Shown here: positions 7,829 through 13,554 of the stretch, piece after piece
How the letters are laid out: every line of letters begins with the position of its first letter
How positions within the stretch are numbered: position 1 is the first letter of the stretch
Program-made: the position numbers and the translations under genes
The notes under the pieces: model-generated
The model's input: only the letters and a program-made list of their open reading frames with translations
Database searches by the model: none
Told to the model about the DNA's origin: nothing
Source: Pseudobdellovibrionaceae bacterium
GTDB taxonomy: Bacteria > Bdellovibrionota > Bdellovibrionia > Bdellovibrionales > Bdellovibrionaceae
Direction: 5' to 3'
Assembly: GCA_039810425.1 (NCBI GenBank)
Contig: JBDHWW010000070.1
Location: 1 to 13,554 of the forward strand
DNA length: 13,554 nucleotides

Positions 7829-9672
7829 TGGGCATTACTCTCATCCAGTTGCAGAACGGCGCTAAAGGCTACGGTACTCGGAGGCTTTTCGAATCCGCGA
7901 GTTTCGCCATCAATGAAGGCGAACACGTCGGAGTCATCGGACCTAACGGCGCCGGTAAAACCACTATGTTCAAAGTCCTCGCGGGACAAGAGTCCCTCGA
8001 TGAAGGCCAAGTCACGCGTTCACAGCAACTGCGCTTGGGTTACCTGGAACAAGAAGCTGAATGGGATTTAGCTGAGATTGTTGAGGACTATCTTGCGGCC
8101 AACTGCCTAAAACCCATCTGGGATTTAAAGCAGCTCGGCCTCAAACTCGGCTTGATAGAGCAGCACTTCCGCTCGCGTTTGAACGAGTTGAGCGGCGGTT
8201 ACCGCATGCGCGTAAAGCTTTTGTTCCTCATCGGGCAAGAGCCGAACTTACTTCTTTTGGATGAGCCGACGAACTTCCTCGATTTGGAAACACTGCTCGT
8301 TTTTGAAAACTTTCTGCAAGATTTCCCCGGCGCCTTTTTGATGATTTCCCATGACCGCGAGTTCTTGTTAAGAACCACGGACCATATCGTAGAAGTCGAA
8401 GCTGGCGATATCACAAAGTTTCCCGGGAACTTGGATGACTACTTCGAGCAAAAGGCACAACTCCGCGAGATTTTGCAGAAGCAGCTTTTAAATCAGGAAG
8501 CCAAACGTAAATCCGTCATGGATTTTGTGACCCGCTTCGGGGCCAAAGCCACCAAAGCTAAACAAGCACAAAGTAAGCTTCGCACACTTGAGAAAATGGA
8601 AAAGATCGAAGTCAAAGATCTACCACTACGCGCGTCGATTCAAATCCCAGACCCGATTAAAACCGGTAAAGAGATCTTAAGCCTCACGGGCGGCGAATGT
8701 GGCTACCCTGGCCGCAGCATCTTAAAGAATGTCGATTTGCGCTTAGAGCGCGGTAAACATCTTGGCATCGTGGGCCTGAACGGTGCCGGCAAGTCGACTT
8801 TGCTAAAATCCCTCGGCGATCAAATTCCCCTTGTCCGGGGTGAATTGAAATATGGCCTGAATGTTTCTTGGGCGTACTTCTCTCAGCACAGTGCGGATCA
8901 GTTAAATCTAAATTGGACAGTGCTTGAGGCACTTAACCATGGCGCCCACTCATCGGTTCTACAGCAAGAAGTTTTGAATATCGCAGGTTCTTTGCTGTTC
9001 GCAGGCGAAGCCGTGAATAAGAAAGTTAAAGTTCTTTCGGGGGGTGAAAAGTCCCGCGTGGCTTTGGGACAGATTCTTCTAAAGAAGGCACCGCTATTGC
9101 TGCTGGATGAACCGACGAATCACTTGGACTTCGACACGGTCGAAGCTCTGACTGAAGCACTTGCCCGCTATGAAGGAAGCATCATTACTGTTAGCCACGA
9201 TCGCGCGTTCATCAGCCGTATAGCGAATCAAATCCTCGAGGTCCGTAACGGACAGCTACTGCTCTACCCCGGCTCTTACGATGAGTATGTTTGGAGTTTG
9301 CAGAAAGGCTACTTGTCAGAACTTGGCAGGTCACCGAGCCTGGCAACTCCTGCCGCGAAGCTGTCTGCGGCCGTGGCGACAGAGCCTTCAAAGTTCAACT
9401 ACAAAGAAGAGCGTATGCGTCTCGATACTTTAATTAAGAAAACTCTAAAGGAAATCACGGATCACGAGAAAAAGCTCGTCGAGCTTGCTAAAACTCAGGC
9501 TGAGATGACTGAAAAGCTGGTCACAATGACCGGTCCTCAAGCTCAAACGATGTCGAGAGAGCTTCACGGAATTTCCACGATGATTCTCGAGACCGAAGAA
9601 AAAGTGCTCAGCCTGATGGAAACTCTCGACTTGGCACAAAAAGATTTGGAAAGCCTAACTTCATCCAGTTAG
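7828..9672 (+). CDS. ABC-F family ribosome-associated ATPase (YheS/Uup-like)
   Basis: Two ATPase domains (GPNGAGKT/LSGG/LLLDEPTN and GLNGAGKS/LSGGEK/LLLDEPTN), linker RFGAKATKAKQAQS, a coiled-coil-like C-terminus and no transmembrane segments. TAATG overlap with panD. Confidence 0.95.
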   Translation: MGITLIQLQNGAKGYGTRRLFESASFAINEGEHVGVIGPNGAGKTTMFKVLAGQESLDEGQVTRSQQLRLGYLEQEAEWDLAEIVEDYLAANCLKPIWDLKQLGLKLGLIEQHFRSRLNELSGGYRMRVKLLFLIGQEPNLLLLDEPTNFLDLETLLVFENFLQDFPGAFLMISHDREFLLRTTDHIVEVEAGDITKFPGNLDDYFEQKAQLREILQKQLLNQEAKRKSVMDFVTRFGAKATKAKQAQSKLRTLEKMEKIEVKDLPLRASIQIPDPIKTGKEILSLTGGECGYPGRSILKNVDLRLERGKHLGIVGLNGAGKSTLLKSLGDQIPLVRGELKYGLNVSWAYFSQHSADQLNLNWTVLEALNHGAHSSVLQQEVLNIAGSLLFAGEAVNKKVKVLSGGEKSRVALGQILLKKAPLLLLDEPTNHLDFDTVEALTEALARYEGSIITVSHDRAFISRIANQILEVRNGQLLLYPGSYDEYVWSLQKGYLSELGRSPSLATPAAKLSAAVATEPSKFNYKEERMRLDTLIKKTLKEITDHEKKLVELAKTQAEMTEKLVTMTGPQAQTMSRELHGISTMILETEEKVLSLMETLDLAQKDLESLTSSS

Positions 9673-10505
9673 GCTTCGTCAGGTGCCGCCGCTTCTTCAT
9701 CCAATGGCGAGAACGCTCTTGGCGGCCGGAATTTGGAGGCCACCGCCGCATGGGCGCGGGCCGCGACTTCACCGCGGTCCGCAGTGGCAGGAACCACGAT
9801 CGGCTCAAGATATTCGATCTCAACTTTAATATACGGCGTGCTTAGCAAGTTCAACATGGCTTGGCTGAAGCTCATTTCACCATACCAACAAACATTATCA
9901 CGGGACTTCATATTGAAATCCTGACCGCCGATATCAACGTAATTAATCACTCCCGGCTGAATGGGGCGTCCCGCTTGCGGCCCCGCCATCATCAGCGTTT
10001 TCTTAAAAGGATAAACCATCGCTCCGTCCGTCGACGTTGCCTCAGGATACAAAACAACATTGAGACCCTGTTCGAGGGCATCTTTCAAAACTCCAAGTTC
10101 GTTCATAATCTGCGTGCGGCTACGGCGCTCCACGAATACGCAACCACCCATTTCACAGATATCACCTAAAACCGGGGTCTCGCGCATCTCTTGTGAGGTT
10201 ACAAAAACCGCCGGCATCACAGAGGACAGCGCAAAGATATCCACAAAGCCCGTGTGGTTTCCCACATACAGAAAGCTGCTGTCTTTGTGAGGATGCCCCT
10301 TCACGCTGACCTGAACATTAAAGACTTTATTCATGATGCCACAGTGAACCGATGCATTTTCACTAAACGCACGTCTGCGAGCGACGACGTCGTTGCGACT
10401 GTATCGAACCTTGATGACAAGCGCGTGCATAAAGAACTTGGTAATAACTAGGATTGCTAATAAGAACCTTACGACTCCGCGGAGTCCAGCTTGTATCTCT
10501 TCCAC
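9669..10505 (-). CDS. Lysophospholipid acyltransferase, PlsC/OlsA family
   Basis: Catalytic HxxxxD motif (GNHTGFVD), FVERRSR, YPEATSTDG (FPEGT-like block), PIQP and WYG, with an N-terminal hydrophobic helix. GTG start at 10505; exact start uncertain. Confidence 0.9.
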   Translation of the reverse strand: MEEIQAGLRGVVRFLLAILVITKFFMHALVIKVRYSRNDVVARRRAFSENASVHCGIMNKVFNVQVSVKGHPHKDSSFLYVGNHTGFVDIFALSSVMPAVFVTSQEMRETPVLGDICEMGGCVFVERRSRTQIMNELGVLKDALEQGLNVVLYPEATSTDGAMVYPFKKTLMMAGPQAGRPIQPGVINYVDIGGQDFNMKSRDNVCWYGEMSFSQAMLNLLSTPYIKVEIEYLEPIVVPATADRGEVAARAHAAVASKFRPPRAFSPLDEEAAAPDEA

Positions 10506-10729
10506 AGTGTTCTATTTAAATCTTCGCGGCACAGGATCGTCAAGAAATCAATACACTTAAACTCAGCATCCCATGCGGGTTCTCCACCGACATAGGCACC
10601 TAGCTTCATATAAGCCCGACAAAGAGGTGGAATAAGTGCTTCGATCGCCTCTGTCAGAGGATTTTAGAAATATCGAATCCACAAATCCAAATTTAGCATC
10701 GTGTCGGCTTTTGTTGGATTCGACGTCCG
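10469..10729 (-). pseudogene. olsB: 3' remnant of an OlsB-type (GNAT) ornithine-lipid N-acyltransferase
   Basis: Minus-frame translation: RTSNPTKADTMLNLDLWIRYF*NPLTEAIEALIPPLCRAYMKLGAYVGGEPAWDAEFKCIDFLTILCREDLNRTLWKRYKLDSAES*. The PPL..AY.KLGA.V.GEPAWD..F.C.DF block is the recognisable OlsB-family C-terminus. There is an in-frame TAA at 10664-10666, the N-terminal part is absent, and the fragment lies directly upstream of and overlaps an OlsA-like gene. Confidence 0.8.
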
Positions 10730-10766
10730 TTAGTCTTTTGTTTCCTCAATCAACGAAAAACGCCTT

Positions 10767-10807
10767 TTGTCGAGCTTTTCACCCTATGCTAGGATCATTC
10801 GAGGAGG
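10767..10807 (+). promoter_or_regulatory. Putative sigma70 promoter and ribosome-binding site of the YbhB/YbcL gene
   Basis: TTGTCG (10767-10772), a 17-nt spacer ending in extended -10 TG, TAGGAT (10790-10795), then GAGGAGG (10801-10807) 5 nt before ATG 10813. Confidence 0.6.
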
Positions 10808-10812
10808 TTTCT

Positions 10813-11304
10813 ATGGTCGCTGAAGCTGTTGCAAGTTTCATTTTATCATCCGCTGCATTTAAGAATAATGAATCGATTCCCGCCAAGTACACTTGCGAGG
10901 GGGAGGACTTCTCTCCGCCGTTAAGCTGGAAGGGCGCTCCCGCAAATACCAAAAGTTTTGCTTTGATCGTGGATGATCCCGATGCCCCAGATCCTCAGCA
11001 TCCGCAAAGAACATGGGTCCACTGGGTCGCATATAATATTCCGGCAGAAGTTTCCTCTCTCAAAGAACATGCCGAGAGCCTTCCCACTGGTGCAACGGAC
11101 GGAGTGAATGACTGGCATAAGAAAGGTTATGGCGGTCCTTGTCCACCGATTGGTCAACATCGCTATTTCTATAAACTCTATGCTCTGGACACAAAGTTGC
11201 AGGATTTAAAAAATGCTGACAAGGCGGCTCTCGAAAAAGCGATGCAAGGACACGTTCTGGCAAAAACCGAGCTCATTGGGACTTACGTTAAACGAAAGCA
11301 TTAA
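10813..11304 (+). CDS. YbhB/YbcL family Raf kinase inhibitor-like (PEBP) protein, 163 aa
   Basis: Motifs IPAKYTCEGEDFSPPLSW, SFALIVDDPDAP, WVHW, GYGGPCPP and HRYFYKLYALD. The strong SD supports ATG 10813 rather than the track's 10636 start. Confidence 0.95.
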   Translation: MVAEAVASFILSSAAFKNNESIPAKYTCEGEDFSPPLSWKGAPANTKSFALIVDDPDAPDPQHPQRTWVHWVAYNIPAEVSSLKEHAESLPTGATDGVNDWHKKGYGGPCPPIGQHRYFYKLYALDTKLQDLKNADKAALEKAMQGHVLAKTELIGTYVKRKH

Positions 11305-11773
11305 GACGCCCTCGAGGCCTAAATTTGGGTGCAACTTAGCAATTCTGGACAAGCTTTTTAGCCTGGTTCGGGCAGGTCCTCGGAATACCATTTCGGCAGA
11401 CTCTTCCTATCTTACTCCTTCGGCATTTAACAAAGTTTTTTTCCGAATGGACCAAAAACACTTCGACGACCCAGCGCTCAGAATCTGGATCGCCGCCACC
11501 AAGAACGAAATTCCGCGATCCGCGATAAGATCTCAAAACGTTTCGTTTTGCCCGCTTCTTGCCAAGCTGGATTTCACTGACCGATCGTATCGTTGTAACG
11601 GCCACCGGCAAAGATGTCCCGTTCCAAGTACCGACTTCGCGAACCACCGTGCATTTCGTCCAGAAATACTAGAACCTACTCTTAAGTCAGGTCAGGTTTC
11701 AGCTCCAAAAAAACCGAAAAAAAGTATGAAAAACATCCAACGCGCTTATTAATAATTCTTTTGATTTGTTCAA

Positions 11774-11806
11774 AATAAAAGGCGCCGGGAAAGGGCGCCT
11801 TTTATT
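11774..11806. terminator. Bidirectional rho-independent terminator
   Basis: Perfect 13-bp inverted repeat AATAAAAGGCGCC / GGCGCCTTTTATT with a 7-nt loop and U-tracts in both directions, about 20 nt past the stop of the minus-strand metalloprotease. Confidence 0.88.
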
Positions 11807-11825
11807 ACTATTTTTCTAAACAGGT

Positions 11826-13477
11826 CTACTCAACCGAATTCGGCAAGAGACGTAGCAAGCGGATAAGTTCCTCAGAAGACTTGGCTTCGCCGTCCACCAC
11901 AGCTCGAAGTTTTTCTATTGGCAAACTCCATACTGCTTTCTCTTCTGCCGTTGCGGTTTCTGGCATCGGTTTTTGGGCCGTCTTGTCTTTCAATATCCCC
12001 GCCACTTTATCGAGCGGCAACTTCTCAAGCAGTTGAGCGGTCTGAATCCCGTCGATGACAGTTTTGGCTAAAGCGTTCTGAGACTCCGCCACGAACTTCG
12101 TCGTGCCATACGTGAATGAAACCACATCCGTGCTTAGGGGTTGGTTTGAGTCATAACGGCGTACGCTCAATGCCATTCCCAAGCTACGATCAGCCTCATG
12201 GGCACCTGTACTATCAGCCATTCCACTGACGAACTGACCGGCAAGGACTGCTTGCAAAGCTGTTGGTGCCGCCTCATTGATCCCCAGGACTTTTCCGATC
12301 TGAGGAATCAGGGGCTTGGCAATAACTTGCGACGTCGACAAGTCGTAAGGCACTTCGATTTCTTGGGTTGAACCATCAGCAAAGGTGAAGGTCAGTGGTG
12401 CAACCACATCGCCCAACATGATGTTTCCCACAATATCTGTGATCGGCTCACGTAAGCTATCTACGTTCACGTAGTTGTCAACATTGTCTCTATCAAAATT
12501 AAAGATACCAATCTGACGACGGAACAGATTCCTCGAAGCCATGACCTTATCAATCCAATATCCACGCACATCAATTTGATCCATGTAAGCATTTGTGCTG
12601 TTTGGATCTTTTTTCGAATTAAACATCTTTCCCGCTTGCGCTACGACAACATAAGCCGGTTGGATATCCGCACTAAAGCAGGATATTGCATCTGGATCTA
12701 AATCACCTATCGGTAATAAACCGATAATTCGATTCGGAGTCTTAGCGCTTGCGATCGCGCAGGTTAAATCTGGAACCATAAGCACGTTAGCAAGGAAGGC
12801 ACCACCAATCTTTGTGGCGTCGTCCAAGTCTTTCAAAAAGGCGACCGACTTATATTCTTCAGCATCATCAGCCAATCGGTAACGGTACTTAATTCTTTCG
12901 CGCACCTCCGTCATGATGCGAAGTTCTTTAAAGATACCGTTGATTCGAGACGCGTAAGCAACGTCATCGACAAGGCTCATGTGCGCACGACCATTACGGA
13001 AGTTTCGTTGCGAGTAAACCTCTTGGTATTCTTTAATCAAATTTTGCACTATTTCAGTATACGAAGTTCCCAAATCAAAACGCTTACAGCCCGCATTTAT
13101 TCCTGTGTTCTCGTCTGTACAGTACTGGTATTCTTTCAACGCCAAACCTGGCTGCGCATTCTGCAGGTCTTGTAACGTCGACGCGATGTTTTGTACGACC
13201 GTCGTCGTTTCATCCTTCTGCACTTCTACTTGGCGCAGGTATCCGAAACGTAAAGCGGCGATATCGTACTTACCTAAGACCGGTAATGTTTTTAAATCAT
13301 TTCCGTAATCCATCACCGAGCAAATGGAATATCATGATCAATGTTTTCCTTTTCAAGTTCGGCTTTGCTTAAGAAGTTCGCTTTATCCTCAGAGCCGGCA
13401 AAGTTGTGACGTAAACCCAAGTTATGCCCAAGCTCGTGAATCAAAGTAGGAACCCAAATCTCTGGCAAAATAATTTC
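11826..13477 (-). CDS. Zinc-dependent Met-zincin metalloprotease (EcxA/DUF4953-like), 5'-truncated and frameshifted near 13320
   Basis: One frame reads IILPEIWVPTLIHELGHNLGLRHNFAGS (HExxHxxGxxH at 13406-13438) and stops at TGA 13313-13315. The adjacent frame continues with SVMDY (Met-turn), YDIAALRFGY and YCTD..CKRFDLG, through to the stop at 11826. Confidence 0.88.
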
Positions 13478-13554
13478 GGGTTCTTCCGACTTTCTTGTGC
13501 CTATAGAGGGTAGAGTTCCAGTTTACCACAGTAAAACAAGATAGCGATGCGGTA

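Noticed and set aside
7828..9672. Possible antibiotic-resistance ABC-F or ABC transporter subunit
   Set aside because: There is no permease nearby, no attenuator leader, and the linker is of the housekeeping YheS-like type.
3305..10451. Numerous 60-181 aa alternative-frame and antisense ORFs inside the pan operon, ABC-F and acyltransferase genes
   Set aside because: Shadow ORFs fully overlapping well-supported genes, with no independent SD or family signatures.
10636..10812. 59-codon N-terminal extension of YbhB given in the ORF track
   Set aside because: It overlaps the olsB remnant and the predicted promoter; the strong SD and family alignment support ATG 10813.
13313..13330. Programmed -1 ribosomal frameshift in the metalloprotease
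   Set aside because: No X XXY YYZ slippery site or obvious stimulatory structure, and the position is near a suspect contig end.
1..13554. CRISPR array, tRNA/rRNA, IS element, prophage or defence system
   Set aside because: No regularly spaced repeats, cloverleaf or rRNA motifs, terminal inverted repeats, or transposase, integrase or nuclease signatures were found by reading.

Overview
Bacterial chromosomal window; protein sequences and gene content suggest a Bdellovibrio-like predator (inference). From left to right: (1) the 5' ~730 codons of a minus-strand tricorn-type S41 protease missed by the ORF track; (2) a membrane-anchored hypothetical protein; (3) a divergent, tightly coupled pantothenate/CoA operon (DUF2520 PanG-type ketopantoate reductase, panB, panC, coaBC, coaX, panD) followed directly by an ABC-F ATPase; (4) a convergent PlsC/OlsA-type acyltransferase preceded by an unannotated, decayed 3' remnant of an OlsB-type N-acyltransferase; (5) a YbhB/YbcL (PEBP) gene with its own promoter; (6) about 450 bp of unexplained sequence and a bidirectional terminator; (7) the 3' part of a Met-zincin metalloprotease with a 1-nt frameshift between its zinc motif and Met-turn. 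The best candidate for something new is a ~60-nt pan/CoA operon leader that can fold in two mutually exclusive ways, one of which hides the ribosome-binding region. It is a candidate CoA/pantothenate-responsive RNA element, based on manual folding only. The outermost ~70-77 nt at both ends appear unrelated to the genes they interrupt, which suggests contig-end artefacts. No CRISPR array, tRNA, rRNA or transposase was found.
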